Assembly: GCA_902526045.1 (NCBI GenBank) | Contig: CABZJI010000001.1 | Coordinates: 26,482 to 90,481, forward strand | DNA from: an uncultured SAR86 cluster bacterium | Lineage (GTDB): Bacteria > Pseudomonadota > Gammaproteobacteria > Magnimaribacterales > AG-339-G14 | Length of the DNA: 64,000 bases | Direction: 5' to 3' | Shown here: positions 34,278-43,359 of the stretch, piece after piece | Layout: the number at the start of each line of letters is the position of its first letter | Position numbering within the stretch: position 1 is the first letter of the stretch | The notes under the pieces: generated by a model | Database searches by the model: none | The model's input: only the letters and a program-made list of their open reading frames with translations | What the model was told of the DNA's origin: nothing | Translations under genes and position numbers: made by a program

Positions 34278-34528
34278 AATATTTTCTAGTGACAACCCTT
34301 TCTTTAATTTTTATATGTTGTGCTAATTCAGAAAAATCAATGCAAGCATCTGAAAATGAAAACAATGATTCACAAAATGGTTTGATCTGTAAATTTGAAG
34401 AGGTGACTGGCAGTCATGTGAAAAAGAGAGTGTGCTACACACAACGACAAATGGACAGGCAAAGAGAAATTGCGCAAGAGGCTCTAAGAAGAAGTTCTGG
34501 AGGAGTTGCTTCTAATCCAAATCCTTAG
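34274..34528 (+). CDS. Small hypothetical lipoprotein (C-x5-TGS-x-VKKRVC)
   Basis: FICC lipobox-like; ATGA overlap with previous gene. Confidence 0.75.
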   Translation: MKYFLVTTLSLIFICCANSEKSMQASENENNDSQNGLICKFEEVTGSHVKKRVCYTQRQMDRQREIAQEALRRSSGGVASNPNP

Positions 34529-35544
34529 GGAATTGAGATCTGATCCTGACCCTCTAAACTTTTTGCTGTATCAACTAAAGTCTCTTCAACTGGTCTAGGT
34601 TGCCATTTCAATATTGTTTTTACCTTTTCATTTGAGAGAAATTGAGGATCACCAAGCATCCTAACACTCTCTCGAGCAGTTGCGCTAAAAAGAGCAGCAA
34701 ACCTTATAAGAAAATTAGGTAATCTTAATTTTGGTGCCTTATTAAAACCTGCCTTTATTAAGACTTGAGAAATTTCATAAAGCCAGAAGCTTGAAGTACA
34801 AAGAATAAATCGCTCATTATTTGATCCTTGATTAGATATTGCGTCAACATGAGCTTGTGCAACATCTCTTACATCAACAATACCAAGATGAATATTTGGA
34901 GTTCCAGGTAATTTTCCAGAAGTTAACATCTGAATCAAAACGTTTGTTCCACCTAAATCAGGAGAAAGAGCAGGTCCTAAAACCATGTACGGGCAAAAGA
35001 CAGTTAATGGAAATTTTTCGTCTTCTCTTAAGTCATCAATGAATTGCCAAGCAGACTTCTCCGCCATTGTTTTGCTTTTTGCATATGGAGTAATTTTCTT
35101 TGAATCAACATCTGACCAGTCTTTTTCATCATAATTTTTTTTATCTGAATCGTCATAAAAAATTGAAGCAACTGATGAAGTTAAAATTACTTTTTTTATC
35201 TTGTTAGCTTTTGCAGTTTTAAGCGCACGAAGAGTTCCATCAACAGCAGGCCTAATAAGAACCTCTTCATCCACAGAATCACTAGCTGATATAGGGGAAG
35301 CAACGTGCATTACAAAATCACATTCTCTTCCGGCATCTTCCCAGCCCTCGTCCTTCAATAAATCTAATTCAATAATTTCTAAATTTTCTACTGAAGTGTT
35401 TGATTCTTTCATGGCAGTAATAACCTCTTCTTTTCTGACGTTATCTCGAAGAGTACCTCTGACTGCGTAACCTTGATCAAGAAGTTTTTTGCAACAATGC
35501 AATCCAATGAATCCCGTTACACCTGTTAATAATACTTTTTCCAT
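34525..35544 (-). CDS. Extended SDR, NAD-dependent epimerase/aldehyde reductase-like
   Basis: VLLTGVTGFIG, VMHVASP, TSSVAS, YAKSKTMAE. Confidence 0.88.
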   Translation of the reverse strand: MEKVLLTGVTGFIGLHCCKKLLDQGYAVRGTLRDNVRKEEVITAMKESNTSVENLEIIELDLLKDEGWEDAGRECDFVMHVASPISASDSVDEEVLIRPAVDGTLRALKTAKANKIKKVILTSSVASIFYDDSDKKNYDEKDWSDVDSKKITPYAKSKTMAEKSAWQFIDDLREDEKFPLTVFCPYMVLGPALSPDLGGTNVLIQMLTSGKLPGTPNIHLGIVDVRDVAQAHVDAISNQGSNNERFILCTSSFWLYEISQVLIKAGFNKAPKLRLPNFLIRFAALFSATARESVRMLGDPQFLSNEKVKTILKWQPRPVEETLVDTAKSLEGQDQISIP

Positions 35545-35553
35545 AATTTTCTT

Positions 35554-36741
35554 TTATTCTTGATCAGACTCTAGTCGACTGAGCCACCTTTTAATAATCT
35601 CATCGGTATGCTCGCCTAATTTTGGTGCACGGACAAAGCCTTCATCATGGTTAGATATTTTTACAGGGTTTCCTGGAACTTTCACTATTTCACCACTGTC
35701 TTGCATCAAATCTATAATCATATTTCTTTTCAAGAGATCTTCGTCTTGAAAGGTTTCCGAAAAGTTTTTGACTGGTCCACAAGGTACCCTATGTTTTTGC
35801 AATAAATCTATCCAATATTCTGTTGTATTTGTAGAAAATTTCTCTTGTAAAGCTGCATCAATAGTTTCTCTGTTTTCTAACCTGCCCTTTCTGTTTTTAT
35901 TCTGCTGGGTATCTAGATGTTTTAATCCCATTGCCTCAATCAAGCTGGGCCAAAAGTTTTCTGCTACTACAGCTACTTGAATAAAGTTATCTTGGGTTTT
36001 ATACAAGTTAAATGGAGCATGATTCATGTGTTGGTTCCCAATTGGAACTGGATTTTCTCCAGATAAGAAATGCATAGTTACCATGTAAGTTAGAAGGCTA
36101 ACTTGAGTATCCAACATGGAAATATCTACGTGCTCTCCGTAACCATAGATTTCTCGTGAGCGAATAGCACTTAAGATTCCGATAATAGCGTAAAGACCAG
36201 CACCAAGATCCGCAATAGGGATTCCTGATTTAATTGGATTATTTTTGTCCATTCCAGTAATCGACATGGCGCCCGAGTATCCTTGAACTATGTTGTCGTA
36301 AGCAGGGCGATTTATTTCTGTATCACCAAAGCCACTAATAGAGCAGGTAATTATTTTGGGATTTACCTTCGCTAAGCTTTCGTGATTGATTCCTAACCTT
36401 TTAGTTACTCCTTGACTAAAATTATCAACAACCACATCGGCAACTTCGACCAGTTTTAAAAAAAGTTTCTTCCCCTCATCGCTTTTAAGATCTAACTCAA
36501 TGCTCTTCTTATTTCTTGCAAGAGTTAGGTGATAAGCACCGATACCATCGTGCGAATACTTTGGATCATCTTTAAGAAGGTTTCTTGTTATATCTCCTGT
36601 TTTAGGTTGCTCAATTTTTACAACCTCAGCTCCCAAATCAGCGAGCACCATGGTTGCGTAAGGTCCCGCTAGCATATGAGTTAAATCTAAGACTTTTATG
36701 CCTTTTAGAGATTGCTTCAATTTAGTAATTTGTTTTGTCAT
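35554..36741 (-). CDS. Family III CoA-transferase (CaiB/BaiF)
   Basis: LDLTHMLAGPYATMVLADLGAEVVKIE, RNKKSIELDLK, PAYD (catalytic Asp). Confidence 0.93.
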   Translation of the reverse strand: MTKQITKLKQSLKGIKVLDLTHMLAGPYATMVLADLGAEVVKIEQPKTGDITRNLLKDDPKYSHDGIGAYHLTLARNKKSIELDLKSDEGKKLFLKLVEVADVVVDNFSQGVTKRLGINHESLAKVNPKIITCSISGFGDTEINRPAYDNIVQGYSGAMSITGMDKNNPIKSGIPIADLGAGLYAIIGILSAIRSREIYGYGEHVDISMLDTQVSLLTYMVTMHFLSGENPVPIGNQHMNHAPFNLYKTQDNFIQVAVVAENFWPSLIEAMGLKHLDTQQNKNRKGRLENRETIDAALQEKFSTNTTEYWIDLLQKHRVPCGPVKNFSETFQDEDLLKRNMIIDLMQDSGEIVKVPGNPVKISNHDEGFVRAPKLGEHTDEIIKRWLSRLESDQE

Positions 36742-37240
36742 CTACAGCATTACCCGCAGTAGGGATCAATGCCGAGCGTTTGTATGAAGCTACAACCACA
36801 CCGTTTTGATTGGTGCCAGTAGTCTCAACAGTAACTATGCCGCAGTTTTCTCTAGATTCTGACAACCTTTTCTCTAAGACCTTTGATTCTGCATACAAAG
36901 TGTCACCCACAAAAAGAGGATGAGGTAAAACAATATCAGTCCACCCAAGATTGGCAATGGCTTTTTGACTCACATCGCTTACACTCATGCCAACCATGAC
37001 AGCCACAGTAAAAGTGCTATTTACAAGTGTTTTTCCAAATTCCGTTGCTTTTCCGTACTCTTCATCGAAGTGCAACGGATGAGTGTTCATAGTTAGCAAG
37101 GTAAACCAAGTATTATCTGATTGTGTGATGGTGCGACCTGGTCGATGCTCATAAATATGACCAATTTCGAAATCTTCGAAATACCTGCCGAAAGTTTCTC
37201 TATATCTGTTATTACCTAAATCTTTAATGCCTTTAACCAT
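36722..37240 (-). CDS. MaoC-family (R)-hydratase, RipB/Ich-like
   Basis: GRYFEDF, HRPGRTIT..DN, NTHPLHFD hot-dog hydratase motif. Confidence 0.88.
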   Translation of the reverse strand: MVKGIKDLGNNRYRETFGRYFEDFEIGHIYEHRPGRTITQSDNTWFTLLTMNTHPLHFDEEYGKATEFGKTLVNSTFTVAVMVGMSVSDVSQKAIANLGWTDIVLPHPLFVGDTLYAESKVLEKRLSESRENCGIVTVETTGTNQNGVVVASYKRSALIPTAGNAVDDKTNY

Positions 37241-38070
37241 TAGTTATCATCTTCTCCTAACTCTAGTCTAAGTCTCATTGCTTCTGCAATTGGTTCATCA
37301 ACCATTTTACCATCGACTTTGATAACTCCTGATCCACCAATCTTTTCGTATTCTTTTAAGACCTTCATAGCTTCTTCTTTTTCCTCTTTGGTTGGCTCAA
37401 AAGCTTTATTTATGATGTCTACTTGTGAAGGATGAATACAAGCTTTCCCAGTAAAACCCATATTTTTAACAGCTATAGCTTCCTTTTCACATCCCTCAGG
37501 GTCATCAAGAAAGAAAAATGGAGCATCGATCGTAAATAAGTCGTACATTGCCGCTGCAATCGCTACTTTTGATCTGGCATAAAGTAAGGGTTCCCATGCT
37601 AATTTAGCTTTTAGGCCCGCTGAAAAATCTGCTGCACCAAAAAATAATCCTCTCACACCTTTAAAAGATGCTATTTCATCTACAGTGGCAACTGCTCTAG
37701 GCGTTTCGATTAGTGGAATGAGATCGTCTTCAAAGGCAATTTTGGTAGCAAGAGTTGCCAATGAGTCAAAACTTTGAATCTTGGGTAAAATGATAGCTTC
37801 TATTTGCTCTTGATAATCAGAAATTAGATCTATGTCTTCTCTTCCTAAGTCTGTAACAGGATCATTGACTCTGACAAAAACCGGTTTAGAAAATTTGTGA
37901 CCGTCTTTAAAATTACTTATTAAATCCTCACGAGCTTCTTTTTTTAAGTCATCCGGACAACCGTCTTCTAAATCAATGATAATGGCATTGACGTCGGTTT
38001 TCTGAACCTCATCGAGGTTGTGCATTTTGTGACCTGGCACAAACAGGTTGGACTTGAATCTGTATAACAT
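37240..38070 (-). CDS. CitE-family acyl-CoA lyase (RipC/Ccl-like)
   Basis: LFVPG, IDLEDG, FVRVN, PLIETP, FFGAADFSA, GFTGKACIHPSQ, GKMVDEP. Confidence 0.9.
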   Translation of the reverse strand: MLYRFKSNLFVPGHKMHNLDEVQKTDVNAIIIDLEDGCPDDLKKEAREDLISNFKDGHKFSKPVFVRVNDPVTDLGREDIDLISDYQEQIEAIILPKIQSFDSLATLATKIAFEDDLIPLIETPRAVATVDEIASFKGVRGLFFGAADFSAGLKAKLAWEPLLYARSKVAIAAAMYDLFTIDAPFFFLDDPEGCEKEAIAVKNMGFTGKACIHPSQVDIINKAFEPTKEEKEEAMKVLKEYEKIGGSGVIKVDGKMVDEPIAEAMRLRLELGEDDN

Positions 38071-38696
38071 TATTGACTCCTTTCTAAGCCTACTAGATGA
38101 TCAACAACATCTAAGAGCTCTTCGGTCGGAATATCTCTTGATGCTTTTACTTTATATTTTCCGTTCACAATGAATGCTGGCACGCCCATGATCTCGTATT
38201 TTCTTCCGTACACATCAGCTGCATTAATGTTCGACTTTATTCGGAATGAATTACTGATGGCTTGGTACTTTTCAGGTTCGACTCCAAATGCATTAAAAAG
38301 TTCGGTAATCTCTCTTTCGCTAGTCAGAAACTTCCTATCCAGGTGGATAGATGTAAAAGCTGAGCCAATAATCTCTTCCATACCTAAAGCTTCTGCTGCA
38401 TAAAATAACTTAGCATGTTCTTTGGCAGGTGGATTCCAAGTCACCGGAACTCGCCAAAAATCTATGTCGTCATTAAGGTTTTTCTTCCAATCTCTTATCA
38501 AACCTTCTAATGTAAAACAGTGTCCGCAACCCAACCAAAAGAATTCAATGACTTCAATTTTTCCAGGATTACGCGTTTGGACTTCTTCGTCTAAGAATTG
38601 GTAATCAACACCAGGTCGATAATCTTTTGCGTTTAATACAAAAGAAAAAAGACTTATTAAAAGAACTAAAAAAGATTTAATAGAGACCTGATACAT
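38070..38696 (-). CDS. dsbA: Thiol:disulfide oxidoreductase DsbA
   Basis: EFFWLGCGHC, GVPAFIVNGKY. Confidence 0.93.
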   Translation of the reverse strand: MYQVSIKSFLVLLISLFSFVLNAKDYRPGVDYQFLDEEVQTRNPGKIEVIEFFWLGCGHCFTLEGLIRDWKKNLNDDIDFWRVPVTWNPPAKEHAKLFYAAEALGMEEIIGSAFTSIHLDRKFLTSEREITELFNAFGVEPEKYQAISNSFRIKSNINAADVYGRKYEIMGVPAFIVNGKYKVKASRDIPTEELLDVVDHLVGLERSQ

Positions 38697-39318
38697 AATT
38701 AGCTACTGCTTGAATTTCTTCTAGGGTCAGCATGCTAGCAACGTTCTGCATAACCAAACCTTCCTCTTCGCCGTTTCCACGGATTTTGTTTTTGTAAGCC
38801 ACTAAACTGGTAACAACGTATTCTGCTTTTTGACCGCCAAGAGCAGGATAACCTGCTGAATTAACTCCTTTTCCTTGTGGTCCATGACACCCCGTGCAAG
38901 CTGGCAGTCCAGATGCAACATTTCCAGCTCGATAAATTGTTTGTCCAAGAGAAACGTTTTCCTCACTCGCTTGGCCTACTTTAATTTTTTGAGAAGCATA
39001 GTATGCAGCCATATCTCTTAAGTCATCGTCGTTATAATCATCAAGCAGCCCCATCATGGATTCAATAACCCTTTCACCTTCTTGGATATGATGGAGTTGA
39101 TCGAATAGATAAAGTTCCCTTTGACCTGCTAAAGTTGGCCACATGCCCACAAGACTATTTCCATCGGCACCGTGACAAGCAGCACAAGAACCCACTAATT
39201 TTTCTCCTCTAATTGGATCTCCTTTCGGTAAAGGTTTTACTTCGCCAACCTTTTCAGATGCGGTGAAAGCACCTCCAGATATACAGAGAATTGAGATGAA
39301 TATAACTTTTCTAATCAT
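38677..39318 (-). CDS. Diheme cytochrome c4
   Basis: CAACH and CTGCH heme sites; engB/c4/dsbA synteny. Confidence 0.92.
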   Translation of the reverse strand: MIRKVIFISILCISGGAFTASEKVGEVKPLPKGDPIRGEKLVGSCAACHGADGNSLVGMWPTLAGQRELYLFDQLHHIQEGERVIESMMGLLDDYNDDDLRDMAAYYASQKIKVGQASEENVSLGQTIYRAGNVASGLPACTGCHGPQGKGVNSAGYPALGGQKAEYVVTSLVAYKNKIRGNGEEEGLVMQNVASMLTLEEIQAVANYVSGLY

Positions 39319-39387
39319 TAAGAAATATTTCAGGGCTGAGCGAGCAAAAATTATATACCATACTCCTTTAATAATCTTTGTTTACTG

Positions 39388-39990
39388 ATGGAAACAATGA
39401 AATCAATATTACCTATTAACCTTGCGTTTGATCGTGTTGTTGGCAACCTTGCTCAGTTACCTTTTGATGAAGGAATCGAGATTGCCGTCTGCGGTCGCTC
39501 CAACTCAGGAAAATCCAGCATCATTAATGCCTTAGGTAATAATAAAAAGCTGGCAAAGACTTCAAAAACTCCAGGCCGAACCCAAACGGTAAATTTTTTT
39601 ACTATCAACGACGATCCACAAACTAAATTGGTTGACTTGCCTGGTTACGGTTACGCCAAAGCTTCTAAAAAAGATCAAAATAACTGGGCACAACTGGTGG
39701 AGAGTTATTTGCTCAGCAGACAGTGTCTAAGGAAAGTTGTGGTCATTATGGACATCAGACACCCGTTTAAGGAGGCAGATCTCGTTTTTCTCAACTGGTG
39801 CAAAGGGTTGCCTGTAAATGTTTTTATCTGTCTGAACAAAGCCGATAAATTATCCAACAATCAAGCAGGACAATCTTTAGCTTTAGCGCAACGTGCAGCG
39901 CAACAATTTCCAGAAATAGAACACCTGCAAATTTGTTCTGCCGAAAAGGGTAACGGACTCGAAGCATTAGGCTCCTTCATCACTTCATAA
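39388..39990 (+). CDS. engB: Ribosome biogenesis GTPase EngB/YihA
   Basis: GRSNSGKSS, SKTPGRTQ, DLPGYGY, NKADK. Confidence 0.95.
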   Translation: METMKSILPINLAFDRVVGNLAQLPFDEGIEIAVCGRSNSGKSSIINALGNNKKLAKTSKTPGRTQTVNFFTINDDPQTKLVDLPGYGYAKASKKDQNNWAQLVESYLLSRQCLRKVVVIMDIRHPFKEADLVFLNWCKGLPVNVFICLNKADKLSNNQAGQSLALAQRAAQQFPEIEHLQICSAEKGNGLEALGSFITS

Positions 39991-40022
39991 AAAAACCCCG
40001 GACATTGGGGTGGCCCGGGGTT
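39989..40022 (-). terminator. Intrinsic terminator
   Basis: AACCCCGG-13nt-CCGGGGTT followed by T-run on the minus strand. Confidence 0.8.
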
Positions 40023-40054
40023 AATAGGAGAGTAAACATGAAAAAATCTACCTA
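39989..40054 (-). ncRNA. Candidate ErsA/Spot42-position small RNA
   Basis: Between a sigmaE-like promoter and a U-tailed terminator in the polA-engB gap; 5' end estimated. Confidence 0.55.
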
Positions 40055-40058
40055 TACC

Positions 40059-40085
40059 TATGACCATCCAGAAGAATAAAAGTTC
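40059..40085 (-). promoter_or_regulatory. sigmaE (RpoE/AlgU)-type promoter
   Basis: GAACTT-N16-TCATA on the minus strand, just after the polA stop. Confidence 0.6.
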
Positions 40086-40102
40086 AATAAATGTGGAAAA
40101 AA

Positions 40103-42775
40103 TTAGTGGGCTTTGCCCCAGTTAGCTGCGACGCCACTTTCGACCACTAAGGGAACAGATAATTTTGTAACTTCAGACATGATTTGCTCTAAAGCTTTTA
40201 AAGTATTCTTAGTATAACTTTCAGGACATTCCACTATAACTTCGTCATGTACCTGTAAAATCAGATGAATATCTTTACCTGTACCTTTTATGTAATCGTG
40301 CATGTTAATCATGGCTAATTTCATGATGTCTGCAGCAGTTCCCTGCATCGGTGCATTGATAGCTGCTCGCTCTGCAGCCATGCGTGTTCTTCCTGAGTGA
40401 ATGCCCGGTAAATAAAGCCTTCTACCAAAAGCTGTTTCCACATAGCCCTGATCTTTTGCCTTGGCTTTCATCTCATCCATGTATATTTTTACTCTAGGAT
40501 ACTTACCAAAATAAGAAGCGATGTAATCAGCCGCCTCCGGGCGAGTCACTCCCAGAGCCTTGCCTAGGCCAAATGCTGACATTCCGTAAATAAGCCCAAA
40601 GTTTATGGCTTTTGCGTTCCGCCTAGCTTGCTCATCTGCAGAGCCAAACACTTCTTTGGCAGTTGCTGAGTGAATATCTTCGCCGTTTTCAAACGCCGTA
40701 ATTAGGCTCTCATCTTTGGAAAGATGCGCCATAATGCGAAGTTCTATTTGTGAGTAATCTATAGAGATTAAATCAAATCCTTTTGGGGCCACAAAAGCTT
40801 CTCGAATCATCCTGCCTTCCTCAGTTTTAATTGGAATATTTTGCAAATTAGGATCTGAAGAGGATAGTCTTCCTGTAGTAGTCACCGCCTGATGAAAGGT
40901 CGAATGCACCCTGCCGGTTTTCTCTGAAATCTGTTCAGGCAACCTGTCGGTGTAAGTTGATTTGAGTTTAGAAAGCGTTCTGTGTTCAAGAATAACCTGT
41001 GGGAGTTCGTATTGTTTTGCCAGCTCTTGCAAAACTGATTCCGCGGTTGAGGGCTGACCGCCTGGAGTCTTTTCAATCACCGGAATATTCATCTCATCAA
41101 ATAGAATTTCTTGGAGCTGTTTGGGTGAGGATAAATTAAATTCTTTGCCGGCCATGGAGAAGGCCTGCTCCTCTAGGCCATTGATGCGTTGGCCCAAATT
41201 TTTTGACTGTAGACTTAAAATATCAGAATCAATAACTGTACCTTTTTGTTCCATGTCTGATAAAACTGGAATTAAGGGCAGTTCAATATCTTTGAGAACT
41301 TTTTGCAGCGACTTTTGTTTCTTTAAATGCTCTCCAATGTTGTCATACATTTGCAATGTGATATCGGCATCCTCAGCAGCGTAATCGCTTGCGACATCAA
41401 GATTTACTTTGTTAAAGGTAAGCTGCTTAACTCCTTTTCCTGCCACTTCCTCAAAGGTTGTGGTTTTTAAATTGAGATAATGATTCGCCATATCGTCGAG
41501 GTTATGACGAGTTGCTGTTGAATCCAGAACGTAGGACATCATCATTGTGTCGTTTTCGATACTATTTAAATGAATGTCGTAATTAACCAGAACGTTTCGG
41601 TCGAATTTTATGTGTTGCCCAATAATTGGTTTCTCTTCCAAGATGGGTTTGAGTTTTTTTAAGCAAGCATCGCGATCTAATTGCGATGGTGCGTTATCGT
41701 AATCGTGGGCAAAGGGCAGATAAGCAGCTTCGCCCGCATCAACAGCAAAAGAAAGACCCACCAGATCAGCAGTGGTGAAATCCAATCGATCGGTTTCGCA
41801 ATCTAAAACGATTTGTTTTGCTTTGGCTAGTTTTTTTAGCCAATCGTCAAACGTTTTGTCATCCAAGATACAAGTGTACTTGCTGGTACTTTTTGGCTTA
41901 GAGGCTTTAGGCGCCTCTTTTAATAATGCTTTGAATTCAAGTTCCGTGAAAAGCTCATGCAATCTTTTTTCATCACGCTCCCCAACAGCTAAATCTTCAA
42001 TCCCAAAGTCCAATTTCACGTCTTTCTTAATTTCGGTGAGTTGGCGAGAAAGTTTTAATTGCTCAATGCCGGCACGTAAATATTCTCCAACCTTACCTTT
42101 GAATCCATCTGCTTTTTCAATGATGGTATCGATGTCGTTGTGTTCGGTTAACCAATTGACCGCAGTTTTCGGACCCACTTTTTCTACACCGGGAATGTTA
42201 TCTGAGGTATCGCCAACTAAGGCTAGATAATCAACGATTTGTCGAGGCTTCACACCGAATTTTTTTTGAACACCGTTTATATCGAGGACTTCGTTTTTCA
42301 TCGTGTTCACCAACTTGATGTTTTTGGTGACCAATTGAGCTAAATCTTTATCTCCTGTAGAGATGATCGTCGAGATACCTTTTTGTTCGGCCTCGGTAGC
42401 AAGCGTTCCAATGACGTCATCTGCCTCAACGCCTTCGACCACAAAGATTTTTATACCCAGCGCCTTGATCACTTCGTGAATCGGTTCAATTTGTGGAATC
42501 AAATCATCGGGCATGGCAGCTCTGTTGGCTTTGTAGTCCTCATACATTTCATGACGAAACGTATCGCCTTTAGCATCAAAAACCATGCCAACCGGAGCAT
42601 TAGGATGATCTTGCAAGATGCGCATCACCATGGTGACAACGCCGCGCACGGCACCCGTGGGCTGGCCAGTGGATGTCGTTAACGGCGGTAACGCATGATA
42701 AGCGCGGTAGACATAAGACGATCCATCGACCAATATAACTGAGTTGTTATCGTCTAAATTTTCAGGTTTGGCCAT
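40103..42775 (-). CDS. polA: DNA polymerase I
   Basis: LVDGSSY 5'-exo, LDCET 3'-exo, DYSQIELR, RNAKAINFGLIYG, QVHDE. Confidence 0.98.
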   Translation of the reverse strand: MAKPENLDDNNSVILVDGSSYVYRAYHALPPLTTSTGQPTGAVRGVVTMVMRILQDHPNAPVGMVFDAKGDTFRHEMYEDYKANRAAMPDDLIPQIEPIHEVIKALGIKIFVVEGVEADDVIGTLATEAEQKGISTIISTGDKDLAQLVTKNIKLVNTMKNEVLDINGVQKKFGVKPRQIVDYLALVGDTSDNIPGVEKVGPKTAVNWLTEHNDIDTIIEKADGFKGKVGEYLRAGIEQLKLSRQLTEIKKDVKLDFGIEDLAVGERDEKRLHELFTELEFKALLKEAPKASKPKSTSKYTCILDDKTFDDWLKKLAKAKQIVLDCETDRLDFTTADLVGLSFAVDAGEAAYLPFAHDYDNAPSQLDRDACLKKLKPILEEKPIIGQHIKFDRNVLVNYDIHLNSIENDTMMMSYVLDSTATRHNLDDMANHYLNLKTTTFEEVAGKGVKQLTFNKVNLDVASDYAAEDADITLQMYDNIGEHLKKQKSLQKVLKDIELPLIPVLSDMEQKGTVIDSDILSLQSKNLGQRINGLEEQAFSMAGKEFNLSSPKQLQEILFDEMNIPVIEKTPGGQPSTAESVLQELAKQYELPQVILEHRTLSKLKSTYTDRLPEQISEKTGRVHSTFHQAVTTTGRLSSSDPNLQNIPIKTEEGRMIREAFVAPKGFDLISIDYSQIELRIMAHLSKDESLITAFENGEDIHSATAKEVFGSADEQARRNAKAINFGLIYGMSAFGLGKALGVTRPEAADYIASYFGKYPRVKIYMDEMKAKAKDQGYVETAFGRRLYLPGIHSGRTRMAAERAAINAPMQGTAADIMKLAMINMHDYIKGTGKDIHLILQVHDEVIVECPESYTKNTLKALEQIMSEVTKLSVPLVVESGVAANWGKAH

Positions 42776-42829
42776 GCATTCAATATTGTTTTGATGGTTT
42801 ATACTTCGATACTCAAGTTTAGAGTAGCA

Positions 42830-43315
42830 ATGAAAAAAGTTCTATTACTGATTTTTGGTTTTTGCGTGGTCTTAATTGCCGTGGCTTATTTCATGGAATA
42901 CCAAATGGGTTTAGAACCTTGCCCAATGTGTATCATTCAAAGGATTGCTATTGCAATCACCGGTTTAGCAGCTCTCATTGGTTTCTTTCACGATCGCTGG
43001 TTTAAATTTTATTTTTCCTTAACGACTTTATTTAGTATTGCCGGAGCAGCTTCCGCAATTCGTCATTTGTACTTGCAATCTTTACCGGAGGACCAAGTGC
43101 CTTTTTGCGGACCCGATTTAGGCTACCTGCTCGATAACGCTTATTTTTCCGATGCTTTGCGCTTGCTTTTTATTGGTGACGGTAATTGCGCCGAAGTCGT
43201 CTGGAGCTTGTTTGGCATATCCATTCCAGGCTGGGTGCTTATCTGGTGCATCATAAATATTTGCTTATCGGTATCGCAACTGAATCCTAAAACTGCTCTT
43301 TCACAGAGTAATTAA
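42830..43315 (+). CDS. dsbB: Disulfide bond formation protein DsbB
   Basis: LEPCPMCIIQR plus second Cys pair (PFCG..GNCAEVVW); start reset to ATG 42830. Confidence 0.93.
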   Translation: MKKVLLLIFGFCVVLIAVAYFMEYQMGLEPCPMCIIQRIAIAITGLAALIGFFHDRWFKFYFSLTTLFSIAGAASAIRHLYLQSLPEDQVPFCGPDLGYLLDNAYFSDALRLLFIGDGNCAEVVWSLFGISIPGWVLIWCIINICLSVSQLNPKTALSQSN

Positions 43316-43359
43316 AAGTAACTTTTTAAGGCTCCTCTAAGATGAGACAATAAGCTGAA

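Noticed and set aside
41121-42682. Plus-strand ORFs inside polA
   Set aside because: Antisense shadows of a long conserved gene
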